This document shows, piece by piece, positions 55,423 to 64,000 of a stretch of DNA of 64,000 nucleotides. Below the pieces are notes generated by a model. That model was not told the DNA's origin. It ran no database searches and was given only the letters and a program-made list of their open reading frames with translations. The DNA lies in assembly GCA_018822885.1 (NCBI GenBank), contig JAHJJA010000047.1:5384-69383 (forward strand), given 5' to 3'. Source of the DNA: Candidatus Omnitrophota bacterium (lineage in GTDB: Bacteria; Omnitrophota; Gorgyraeia; Gygaellales; Profunditerraquicolaceae). The position numbers and the translations under genes were made by a program. Every line of letters begins with the position of its first letter. Within the stretch, counting starts at the first letter, position 1.

Positions 55423-55434
55423 CCCGTAAAAACA

Positions 55435-55472
55435 AGAGCCCGGCTTTCCTTCCGGAAAAGCCGGGCTTTTTT
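55435..55472 (+). terminator. Intrinsic terminator
   Basis: AGCCCGGCTTT...AAAGCCGGGCT-TTTTT. Confidence 0.8.
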
Positions 55473-55506
55473 GTTTGTAGGCTTAGAAAACAAAAAGGAG
55501 CATTAA

Positions 55507-55713
55507 ATGCATACAGGTAAAATCAAGAAGTTAGTTCGTGAAAGAGGATTTGGTTTCATTAGCGATACAGACGGAAGAGAAGTGTTTTTTCACCAGTCGA
55601 GCTTGATTGATGTGAAATTTGATTCATTGAATGAAGAAGCAAATGTGGAATTTGACATTGAGAAATCAGATAAAGGCCCGCGTGCAGTCAATGTGAAGGT
55701 TATGGCTGCCTAA
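55507..55713 (+). CDS. Cold-shock domain protein (divergent)
   Basis: GKIKKL, RGFGFI, EVFFHQS, KGPRAVNV. Confidence 0.9.
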   Translation: MHTGKIKKLVRERGFGFISDTDGREVFFHQSSLIDVKFDSLNEEANVEFDIEKSDKGPRAVNVKVMAA

Positions 55714-55727
55714 CAAAGCAGGTAATT

Positions 55728-57020
55728 ATGAAAATAGTCCTGATAGAGCCGGCTTGCTCCGAGGCAAATGTCTATAGCAGGTTGCATATGCCCTTATTGG
55801 GGCCGGTATACCTTGGAACGATTTTAAGGGATAGAGGGCATGAGGTAGAGGTTTATAATGAGGATATCCTCCGGCCTGACTATTCTGGACTTGATGCCGA
55901 TATTATAGGCATCTCGATCCTGACTTCCACTGCCAAGCGCGGGTATGAGATCGCCCGCAGGTTCCCTAAAGAAAAAGTGATTATGGGGGGTGTGCACGCA
56001 AGCCTCCTGCCGGAAGAGGCACTTGAGGTTTGCCGGCAGGTGGTTGTCGGCGAGGCCGAAGAGGTGATTGCCGGGATAGTCGAAGGGACTATAACAGAAA
56101 GGATCGTTCAAGGTAAGGCAGTGCAAAATCTGGACAGCCTGCCGTATCCTGATTTCTCTTTGATCAAAGGCTATAAGCAGAGTTCTTTTATCTCGCCTAT
56201 TTCGACTTCCCGCGGATGCCCTTTTGATTGCACATTTTGTTCTGTGACAAAGATGTTTGGCCGCAAATACCGTTTTCGCAGCGCCCAGAATGTAATGAAA
56301 GAACTGACTTCCCGCAACGCCGGAACGCTTTTTTTCGTGGATGATAATTTTACAGCCAGCCCTTCGCGCACGCGCACTCTTTTAGAGATGATGTTAGAAC
56401 ATAAGCTTCCCACTAAATGGAGTTGTCAGGTGCGCTGTGATGTGACAAATAACGAGCACCTGCTTTCTTTAATGTCACGTGCAGGATGCACTGTTGCTTG
56501 CGTAGGTTTTGAGTCGGTAAACCAAAAAACCCTCGAGGCCTTTGACAAAAAGCAGGGGTTAGAGGATATTATCAGGGCAATAAAGTGTTTTCATAAAAAG
56601 AAGATCAAGGTCCACGGCATGTTTGTTTTGGGCGGAGATGATGACAGCGAGCATACAGTGTGGGAGACTCTTAAATTCGCTCTTAAGCAGAAAATAGATA
56701 CTATTCAGATGTCTATCCTTACTCCTTTTCCCGGCACCAAGGTCCATGATGATTTAAAGAAGGAAGGCAGGATCTTTAGCCGCGATTGGAGCCTTTATGA
56801 CGGCCAGCATATAGTTTTTAAGCCAAAAATGCTTTCTTCAAAGCAGCTGCAGTTAAGCGTATTGCAAGCCTACCGCAAGTTTTATTCACTTTCCAGGTCA
56901 GTTTCACTCTTAATCAGGCTGAAATTCCACAATGCAATGTTCCGCCTGATGGGTTATAAGATCGTCAGGGAGTGGATCGGGCATAATCGTAAATTGCACT
57001 GGATCCCGCAGGGGCAATAA
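55728..57020 (+). CDS. B12-binding domain radical SAM protein
   Basis: PLLGPVYLG, GGVHAS, TSRGCPFDCTFC, FVDDNF, GFES, TPFPGT. Confidence 0.9.
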   Translation: MKIVLIEPACSEANVYSRLHMPLLGPVYLGTILRDRGHEVEVYNEDILRPDYSGLDADIIGISILTSTAKRGYEIARRFPKEKVIMGGVHASLLPEEALEVCRQVVVGEAEEVIAGIVEGTITERIVQGKAVQNLDSLPYPDFSLIKGYKQSSFISPISTSRGCPFDCTFCSVTKMFGRKYRFRSAQNVMKELTSRNAGTLFFVDDNFTASPSRTRTLLEMMLEHKLPTKWSCQVRCDVTNNEHLLSLMSRAGCTVACVGFESVNQKTLEAFDKKQGLEDIIRAIKCFHKKKIKVHGMFVLGGDDDSEHTVWETLKFALKQKIDTIQMSILTPFPGTKVHDDLKKEGRIFSRDWSLYDGQHIVFKPKMLSSKQLQLSVLQAYRKFYSLSRSVSLLIRLKFHNAMFRLMGYKIVREWIGHNRKLHWIPQGQ

Positions 57021-57188
57021 CTTCCCAATATTTTCTAAATTAATTCCATTTTCTTTAATATATGATAAGATATATCTATCAGTTATGAAGGATATATTCT
57101 ATCTTATGAGGATTAAAAGACGTTTCTAGTTTTTTAGCTAAAGTGTTAAAAACTTAGATGCGTCTTTTTTTTAAGAAAGGGGGCCACT

Positions 57189-58310
57189 ATGGCAAAGAAA
57201 GTCACTGTTTTAGGTGCGGGAAACGCAGGGCATGCGGCTGCTTTTGAGATTTCACTAAACGGCCAGGAGGTCATGCTTTTTGAACACCCTAATTTTGCCA
57301 AAAGTTTAGACGGGATCAGGCAGAAAGGCGGTATCGAGGCGGTCAAAGAGTTGACTACAGAAGGAAAGATCGTCCCCGCTATGATGTCTGGGTTTGCTAA
57401 GATAACCGGCTTGACTACAGACCCTAAAGAGGCGATGGATTTTGCTGATATAGTAGTGATGCTTGTGCCGCAATTCGCGCAGGAGACGATCTTTAAATTA
57501 ATGATGCCCTATCTTCGCGACGGACAGATTTTTGTGGTACTGCCGGGTAACTTCGGTTCAATGATCTTTAGAAAATTGATGAAAGAAGGGGGGATCAACA
57601 AAAAAGTCACCTTTGTTGAGACGACCTCGATCCCTTACGCGGTTAGAGTCATCGCTCCGGGGACAATTTATATAGAAGGAAAAAAGTCGGCTTTCTCGGC
57701 GGCTTCTTTGCCTGCTTCAGAGATCAATAATGTGATAGAAGCGCTTAAGGATGTTTTATTTTTAAAGATCATCCCTCTTAAAAATGTGCTGGAGGTCTGG
57801 TTGTCAAACCCCAATATGATCATGCATGTGGCTACCGCCACTCTTGGGATGGGGCCGATGGAATCGAGGCAGGGAAAGATCCAGTTTTACGCGGAAGGAT
57901 GCTCGCCTTCAGTAGCAAAGGTCCTGGAAAAAGAGGATGAGGAAAGGCTTGCCGTAGGCAAGGCCTATGGTTTAGACTTGATGTCATTTGTGGATGTTGT
58001 TAATAATTTTTACGAGCTGAACATGAAGAGCATCCGTGATTTTGCCGAGCATACCCCGATTCATAACCGCATGCCTAATGATTCTCCGAAGAGCCCAAAG
58101 GAAAGATACATCAGTGAAGACTGTCCTTGCGGGCTGGTGCCTGTTTATGATTTCGGTAAGGCAGCGGGTGTAGCCTGTCCTACTATGGAGGCGATCATCA
58201 GAATAGATAATATTTACAACGATGCCGACTATTTTAAAAGCGGCATCACTTTGCAGAAACTCGGGTTATCGGGAATGAGCAAGGAGCAGATACTGGATGT
58301 TTTAAAGTGA
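57189..58310 (+). CDS. NAD/NADP octopine/nopaline (opine) dehydrogenase family protein
   Basis: VLGAGNAG Rossmann motif, ETTSIPY, NPNMIMH, DEERLAVGKAYG, RYISEDCPCGLVP, CPTM. Confidence 0.85.
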   Translation: MAKKVTVLGAGNAGHAAAFEISLNGQEVMLFEHPNFAKSLDGIRQKGGIEAVKELTTEGKIVPAMMSGFAKITGLTTDPKEAMDFADIVVMLVPQFAQETIFKLMMPYLRDGQIFVVLPGNFGSMIFRKLMKEGGINKKVTFVETTSIPYAVRVIAPGTIYIEGKKSAFSAASLPASEINNVIEALKDVLFLKIIPLKNVLEVWLSNPNMIMHVATATLGMGPMESRQGKIQFYAEGCSPSVAKVLEKEDEERLAVGKAYGLDLMSFVDVVNNFYELNMKSIRDFAEHTPIHNRMPNDSPKSPKERYISEDCPCGLVPVYDFGKAAGVACPTMEAIIRIDNIYNDADYFKSGITLQKLGLSGMSKEQILDVLK

Positions 58311-58325
58311 AAATCGGGAGGAACG

Positions 58326-59342
58326 ATGAAGGCGGCATTTTTTGATTTAGAAGGGTGGGAGTTACCAGTAATCACGGAAGTTTTTAAGGGCAAGGGGATA
58401 GAAATAATCAGGGCAGAGAATGATCTGTTGAATAAGAATACTCTTCCTCAAATAAAAGAAGCAGAGGTTCTTTCAATCGCTTATTCCTTAGCTGATAGGG
58501 CAGTGATCGAGGCATTGCCGAATTTAAAATTGATAAGCACGCGCACTACCGGTTTTGACAATGTGGACACTGTTTTTGCCAAAGAGAAGGGGATCGGGGT
58601 TATAAATGTTCCTTCTTACGGAGAAGAGACGGTGGCAGAATATGCTATGGCTTTGATCCTGAATTTATCCCGCAGAATGAGCATGACCTTTTTAAGAAGC
58701 CTGTTCGGAGTATTCGACCAGAAAATGGTGCGCGGTAATGACCTGGAAGGAAAAACTTTAGGAGTAATCGGAACCGGCAAAATAGGCAGGAAACTGATCA
58801 AAATGGCCAGCGGTTTTGATATGAATATTATCTGTTATGATGTCTATCCGAATCAGGAGGTGGTTGATAAATATAAGGCCAAGTATGTCAGCCTCGAAGA
58901 GTTATTTAAGGCCTCGGATGTGATCTCGATCCACTCTCCTTATACGAAAGAGACGCACCACTTGATTAATTTCGATACATTAAAATCATTAAAGAAGGGT
59001 GTGCTTTTGGTGAATACCGCGCGCGGCCCGATTGTGGATACTTCGGCTATCTTGCAGGGGGTCAAAGACGGTATTTTTGGCGGTGTGGCTTTGGATACTT
59101 TTGAAGGAGAGCAGGTCTGGGTAAAAGAAGAAAGTATCATCGGTAATAAGGCCGAGCTTCCGGCGGGCGAGGTCTTTAAAAAAGGCCTGGAGTCATTCTA
59201 TCTTTTGCGCTTTAGAAATGTCATCCTTACTCCGCATAATGCATTTAACAGTCATGAGGCAGTAAGAAGGATACTTGATACCTCTGTTTCTGATATCGGC
59301 GCTTTTTGCCAAAAGGGCAATTGCGAGCATCGCGTAGTTTAA
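58326..59342 (+). CDS. D-2-hydroxyacid dehydrogenase (D-lactate dehydrogenase-like)
   Basis: TGFDNVD, VAEY, GVIGTGKIG, LVNTARG, ALDTFEGE, LTPHNAF. Confidence 0.9.
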   Translation: MKAAFFDLEGWELPVITEVFKGKGIEIIRAENDLLNKNTLPQIKEAEVLSIAYSLADRAVIEALPNLKLISTRTTGFDNVDTVFAKEKGIGVINVPSYGEETVAEYAMALILNLSRRMSMTFLRSLFGVFDQKMVRGNDLEGKTLGVIGTGKIGRKLIKMASGFDMNIICYDVYPNQEVVDKYKAKYVSLEELFKASDVISIHSPYTKETHHLINFDTLKSLKKGVLLVNTARGPIVDTSAILQGVKDGIFGGVALDTFEGEQVWVKEESIIGNKAELPAGEVFKKGLESFYLLRFRNVILTPHNAFNSHEAVRRILDTSVSDIGAFCQKGNCEHRVV

Positions 59343-59353
59343 GAGGGCAGTTT

Positions 59354-60781
59354 ATGGAAGAGTTTGTTATAAAGGAAAAAGCAAGGCAAAGGTGGTTGAT
59401 CGCGCTTACTTGTGCGGTATCTCTGATGATCACCTTTGATTATAGCAGTTTGAATATTTCTATTTCTGCTATCGCGCAATATTTTGGAGTAAAAGTCGGC
59501 GTTGCAGCTTGGCTTCCGACAGTCTACCTCTTGATTATCACAAGTTCGCTTCTTGGGTTCGGAAAGCTCGGGGATATTATAGGGTATAAGAAAGTCTATG
59601 TTATGGGTTTGAGCGTATTCTGTTTAGGGGGCTTTTTATGCGCGGTCTCCCCGAGTTTTAATTTGCTTTTAGCCGCTCGTTCATTACAGTCTTTTGGCCA
59701 GGCTATGTACAGCCCGATTTGCATTGCCATGCTTACTACTTTCCTGCCCGCGGATATGAAAGGAAAGGCCCTTGGCCTTTATGCTACTTTTCAAGGGTTA
59801 GGGCTTGCCATAGGTCCTGCGGCAGGCGGTTTTATCAACAGTTATTTTAGCTGGCGAGGTAATTTTCTTATTGCTGTGCCGGTTTCCCTGTTGATCATCT
59901 TCGGGGCGGCCAAGATCATTCCATCAAGGCAGGCTAAGGCCGAGGATAAGCGTTTTGATTTTTTTGGAGCAGTTTTATTATTTATCGCTTTAGCGGCTTT
60001 GCTTTATGCTGTCAATTCCGGGGTTAAAATGGGGTGGAGCAACCCTTTGATCATTTCTTGCGGAGTCATTTCTCTGGCATCTTTCATAATATTTTTTCTT
60101 CTTGAGAAGAGGATCAGCTATCCTTTACTTGACTTGAAGTTATTTCAGAACCGCGATTTTACTTTTTCTGTCAGCGCTTCTTTTCTCGGGCTTCTTTTAA
60201 ACATGGGCATGATTTTTCTTTTTCCTTTTTACCTGCAGATGTTAAAGGGGCTGGATATTACAAAGGCAGGGCTTGTGATGGTTTGTCCTTCGATAATGAT
60301 GATGCTTTTGGCTCCTTTCTCCGGCAGTCTTTCTGACCGTATTGGCTCGCGCAAGGTGTGTTCATTCGGGATGGTCTTGGTGATTGTTGCATTTGGGCTT
60401 TTTTCTTTTTTGACGCTTAATTCAAGCCTGCTGTTTATTGTTTTGGCTTTGTTGTGTTTGGGCACCGGAATGGGTTTTTTTATAGCGCCCAATAATAAAC
60501 AGGTCATGGTGCATGCCCCTCAAGGTAAGCAGGGGGTTGCTTCCGGTGTTTATAAGATTTGTTTGAATGCCGGCTCATCGATCGGCATCGCGGTATTTAT
60601 GCTGGTGCTTGCCCAAGTCGTGCTTTTTGACGTGGCAAAAATGAATCTGATGCTTAGTGATGTGCGTAGCCATTCGGATGTTATAATGTCTGGTTTTCGC
60701 GGCGCTTTTATCTTCGGTCTCATTATTGCGGTGATAAATCTGATATTCTGCGTCCTCTCGAAGGATAAGAGGTTGGAATAG
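59354..60781 (+). CDS. MFS transporter (DHA2/EmrB-like, 14 TM)
   Basis: GKLGDIIGYKK, GLAIGPAAGG, SWRGNF, PLLDLKLF. Confidence 0.88.
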   Translation: MEEFVIKEKARQRWLIALTCAVSLMITFDYSSLNISISAIAQYFGVKVGVAAWLPTVYLLIITSSLLGFGKLGDIIGYKKVYVMGLSVFCLGGFLCAVSPSFNLLLAARSLQSFGQAMYSPICIAMLTTFLPADMKGKALGLYATFQGLGLAIGPAAGGFINSYFSWRGNFLIAVPVSLLIIFGAAKIIPSRQAKAEDKRFDFFGAVLLFIALAALLYAVNSGVKMGWSNPLIISCGVISLASFIIFFLLEKRISYPLLDLKLFQNRDFTFSVSASFLGLLLNMGMIFLFPFYLQMLKGLDITKAGLVMVCPSIMMMLLAPFSGSLSDRIGSRKVCSFGMVLVIVAFGLFSFLTLNSSLLFIVLALLCLGTGMGFFIAPNNKQVMVHAPQGKQGVASGVYKICLNAGSSIGIAVFMLVLAQVVLFDVAKMNLMLSDVRSHSDVIMSGFRGAFIFGLIIAVINLIFCVLSKDKRLE

Positions 60782-60871
60782 GATTTGCGTTTAGAGGAGA
60801 GATTAAAAGCTGTTGCCCGTAAAAGGAAACTGTGATAGTATCAACAATACACTGTAATTAAAGGGAATAAT

Positions 60872-61591
60872 ATGGAGATAAAAGGCAGACAAAGAGAAAG
60901 TGTTATAATCCTTGATTTGGCCGGTAAGATCGATGTAAATTCCGGCCCGTTTGTCGAAGCAGTAGGCCAGTGCCTGCGCGACGGCTACACCGATATCCTT
61001 TGTAATTTTGAAGAGGTGGATCTGGTGGATTACATGGGTATCTCTGTAATCGTGATCGCCTATAAAGAAGTGGTCAATTATCACGGCAGGATGAAGTTTG
61101 TGAATGTGCCGGCTCATGTCAGGAGTGCTCTTTCTATATGCGGCCTTGATAAAGCCATTGAGATATACGCCGATGAGGATATGGCGGTAAACACCTTTAA
61201 AGAAGACAAGATCATAGAAGATATTAAGAAAATGCAGCTTCGCCGCAGGTTTAAGCGCCTGCCTATAGATATAAAGATCGAGTTAAAGGCTAAGCGCCCA
61301 AGGGCCCCGGAGTGCTATAAATTAGACATACTTGATTTAAGCGCGATAGGCGCCTATATTTATGGCTGCGATAAATTCAAACTGGGAGATGAAGTTCTGA
61401 TAAAAATGAAACTGCCTCCCGAAAATGAAGAGATGGAGCTTGATGCTAAGGTAGTCTGGCTTCCCGATAAACAGGTCCAGCATCAGGTATATCCGGGGAT
61501 GGGGGTTGAATTTTATAATATCTCGACTTCTGCCCAAGCCAAACTCCTTAAGTTTATCGAAAGAAACCTTTCTTCTTCCCTCGCAGAGTAA
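60872..61591 (+). CDS. STAS-PilZ fusion protein
   Basis: N-terminal STAS (LDLAGKID...VDYMGI); C-terminal PilZ with RRFKR, DLSAIG, GMGVEF. Confidence 0.82.
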   Translation: MEIKGRQRESVIILDLAGKIDVNSGPFVEAVGQCLRDGYTDILCNFEEVDLVDYMGISVIVIAYKEVVNYHGRMKFVNVPAHVRSALSICGLDKAIEIYADEDMAVNTFKEDKIIEDIKKMQLRRRFKRLPIDIKIELKAKRPRAPECYKLDILDLSAIGAYIYGCDKFKLGDEVLIKMKLPPENEEMELDAKVVWLPDKQVQHQVYPGMGVEFYNISTSAQAKLLKFIERNLSSSLAE

Positions 61592-61713
61592 TCTTCTTAC
61601 CTGTTTTGATTTTTACCTATCCTTTTGTGTTTCTTAGGCTTGTTTGCCTGATAAAACGATTGCGCTAGTTTAGCGATTGTGATAAAATATTAGTTTAAAA
61701 TAGGGGGTGATCC

Positions 61714-61986
61714 ATGGATTGGAAGGTGTTTTTTATGACTTTCGGGGCGGTGTTTTTTGCGGAGCTGGCGGATAAGACCCAGCTGGTAGGAATAGGCATG
61801 ACTTCTAAGACCGGTAAACCTCTATCTGTCTGGTTTGGTTCAGTTTGCGCGTATATGATAGTAACCCTTTTGTCGGTATTAATAGGAATGGTTTTAAGTA
61901 AGCACCTTAATCCCGATCTTATTAGATACTCCGGGGCAGCGCTTTTTATAATCATCGGGGTGTTGATGATTTTTAAAATATTGTAA
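61714..61986 (+). CDS. TMEM165/GDT1 (UPF0016) family protein, single-repeat form
   Basis: VFFAELADKTQL, three TM segments. Confidence 0.88.
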   Translation: MDWKVFFMTFGAVFFAELADKTQLVGIGMTSKTGKPLSVWFGSVCAYMIVTLLSVLIGMVLSKHLNPDLIRYSGAALFIIIGVLMIFKIL

Positions 61987-61999
61987 CTAGGAGGGATCA

Positions 62000-62590
62000 A
62001 TGAAAAGAATTGAACGCTATCTAATAACGGGTTTAGCTGTTGTAGGGCCGGTTTTCTTAAGCGTTTATCTTTTGATTGTTGTTTTCCAGTTTATTGACGG
62101 CATATTGGGCAGGCTAGTAAACTCCTTATTGAAAAATCACCTGGGGTTTACTATTCCCGGGCTTGGTTTTGTGCTGTTTTTCTTGGTGTTAATCTTTGTA
62201 GGCTTTTTGGCAAATCGTTTTCTTGGCCGCAGGATGGGACAGCAGATTGAGAAATGGTTTTCCGGCCTTCCTTTGATCAATTTGGTATATCCGACTATAA
62301 AGCAGATCATCCTATTTATCTCTGCCCAAAAGGAGTTTGGTTTTAAAAGAGTTGTTTTAGTGGAGTACCCCTCTAAAGGAATCTGGTCTTTAGGTTTTAT
62401 AACTAATGAGCAATTCTATAAGATAAATACAGCTTTAAGCAGGGACATGATCGCAGTTTTTATCCCTAGTACTCCCGGGCCCTTATCCGGGTTTTTTATC
62501 TTTGTGCCCAGAGAGGAGCTTAAGTTTCCCGATATTTCCGTGGGGGAAGCCCTGAAAATAATTATTTCCGGGGGGGTATTTAAACCTTAA
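62000..62590 (+). CDS. DUF502 membrane protein
   Basis: IPGLG, VVLVEYP, VFIPSTPGPLSGF, IISGG. Confidence 0.85.
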   Translation: MKRIERYLITGLAVVGPVFLSVYLLIVVFQFIDGILGRLVNSLLKNHLGFTIPGLGFVLFFLVLIFVGFLANRFLGRRMGQQIEKWFSGLPLINLVYPTIKQIILFISAQKEFGFKRVVLVEYPSKGIWSLGFITNEQFYKINTALSRDMIAVFIPSTPGPLSGFFIFVPREELKFPDISVGEALKIIISGGVFKP

Positions 62591-62594
62591 CGGT

Positions 62595-63641
62595 ATGAAA
62601 AACTATCTTTTTAGTCTAGCTACTGACAAGAACAAAAACGTTATAGCCGGGGTTTTGAAGTTTCTTTTATTCTTGCTGTCTGTTGCCTATGGCGGTATAG
62701 TCCGGATCCTGATTTACGTTAATCAAAAAAGAGCAGTTACCTTAAATTGTAAAGTAATCAGCGTTGGGAATATAACTTTAGGAGGCACCGGAAAGACTTC
62801 TTTAGTAGAATTTATTGCCCGGTTTTTAAAGCAAAAAGGGAAAAAAATAGCGGTTCTAAGCAGGGGGTATAAGAGGGTTATGATGTCGCAGGATGGGGAT
62901 TGTCGCCAGATGGGGGATGAGCCTTATATGCTGCAGCGTAACTTAAAGGATGTCCCGGTCATTGTGGATGCTGACAGAGTTCGTGGAGCTGCCAAGGCGA
63001 TAAAGGATTTCGGCGCAGACACTGTTATTCTTGATGATGGTTTTCAGCAGTGGAAAATCAGAAAAGATCTGGAGATCGTCTCTATCGACGCTACCTGCCC
63101 CTTTGGCAATAGAAACATGCTTCCGCGGGGGATTTTGCGTGAGCCGTTATCCTCGCTAAGGCGCGCAGACATTTTTGTTTTAACCAAATCCAATCTTAAG
63201 CGGGATGTCGGCGGTATTAAATCTGTCTTAAATAAACTTAATCCTAAGGCTTTGATTTTTGAATCTGTCCATGAGCCGGTAGGCTTTTACGAGGCTAATG
63301 ATCTAGGCAAGGGGCTTGCTCTTGATTCTTTTAGGGGAAAAAGAGTAATTTTATTTTCCGGTATAGGCGATCCGGATTCTTTTGAGAATCTGGTCAGAAG
63401 TTTAGAGATAAAAGTCGTATCACACTTTAGATTTGGCGACCACCACTATTATTCGCAGGAAGATTTGAATAATATCACTAAGGCCGCTCAAGAGAATGGG
63501 GCAGAAGCGGTTATAACTACGGAAAAGGATGCAGTGAGATTAGGGGCAGGTAAGTCGCAAGTGCTAGTGTTTAAGATAGAGGTAAAGATAAAAGATGAAG
63601 AAAGATTTTTTAATAGATTACTCAAGTTATATTCTGTTTAG
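62595..63641 (+). CDS. lpxK: Tetraacyldisaccharide 4'-kinase
   Basis: VISVGNITLGGTGKT, LSRGY, GDEP, LDDGFQ, ITTEKDAV. Confidence 0.95.
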   Translation: MKNYLFSLATDKNKNVIAGVLKFLLFLLSVAYGGIVRILIYVNQKRAVTLNCKVISVGNITLGGTGKTSLVEFIARFLKQKGKKIAVLSRGYKRVMMSQDGDCRQMGDEPYMLQRNLKDVPVIVDADRVRGAAKAIKDFGADTVILDDGFQQWKIRKDLEIVSIDATCPFGNRNMLPRGILREPLSSLRRADIFVLTKSNLKRDVGGIKSVLNKLNPKALIFESVHEPVGFYEANDLGKGLALDSFRGKRVILFSGIGDPDSFENLVRSLEIKVVSHFRFGDHHYYSQEDLNNITKAAQENGAEAVITTEKDAVRLGAGKSQVLVFKIEVKIKDEERFFNRLLKLYSV

Positions 63642-64000
63642 GGCGGTTGCTTTTATCATCGGTTTTCTTCCTATCAGAGTAGGTCTTTTTCTTGGAGAGC
63701 GCATAGGGGACCTTCTTTACGCCTTGGATGTAAAACATAAGGCGATTGTTTACGCTAATCTAAAAGTCGCTTTCGGCAAGTCGAGGTCTCCTTCGCAATT
63801 AAAGAAGCTGGCAAGGGGGTTTTATCGTAATTTCGGCCAAAGCCTTGTCGAGATCTTTTTTATTCCCTTTGCCGACGAGAAATATATTAAAAAATATGTT
63901 TCTTTTGAAGGTTATGGACATATCGATGAGGCGTTTAAAAAGGGAAGAGGCGTAATCCTGCTTGGAGTGCATGCCGGAAGCTGGGAATTGTCTAATATTA
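63595..64000 (+). CDS. Lipid A acyltransferase (LpxL/HtrB family), truncated by the window edge
   Basis: MKKDFLIDY...GRGVILLGVHAGSWELSNI, H-x-G-x-WE motif; follows lpxK. Confidence 0.8.
   Translation, partial: MKKDFLIDYSSYILFRAVAFIIGFLPIRVGLFLGERIGDLLYALDVKHKAIVYANLKVAFGKSRSPSQLKKLARGFYRNFGQSLVEIFFIPFADEKYIKKYVSFEGYGHIDEAFKKGRGVILLGVHAGSWELSNI

Overview
A mostly housekeeping chromosomal segment from a Gram-negative anaerobe. The gene order rpsF-ssb-rpsR-rplI-dnaB-bamA-skp-lpxD-lpxC/fabZ-lpxA-lpxI, an Rnf complex and a zinc-ribbon SpoVG suggest the PVC group, probably Candidatus Omnitrophota (inference, not verified). It carries about 65 CDSs and five tRNA genes: Phe-GAA, Thr-CGT, fMet-CAT split by a 258-nt group I intron, Gln-TTG and Arg-TCG. 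The most striking unexplained signal is a dispersed family of short (about 27-70 nt) palindromic elements, mostly ending in (T/C)CCCG...CGGG(A/G). Some share a GAGCGTAAGCGA loop, and they often occur as abutting pairs. Pairs sit inside the D-arm or T-loop of tRNA gene copies at three loci, leaving tRNA fragments beside an intact tRNA. Related elements lie in-frame in ispE, over the rnfA stop codon and between genes. No transposase is present in the window. Other points of interest are a GlgM-GlgE fusion, a shared terminator-like leader in front of two cold-shock genes, an opine dehydrogenase/D-2-hydroxyacid dehydrogenase/MFS operon, a STAS-PilZ fusion, and two small basic ORFs missed by the ORF track. 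All calls come from reading the sequence; no searches or folding programs were run.
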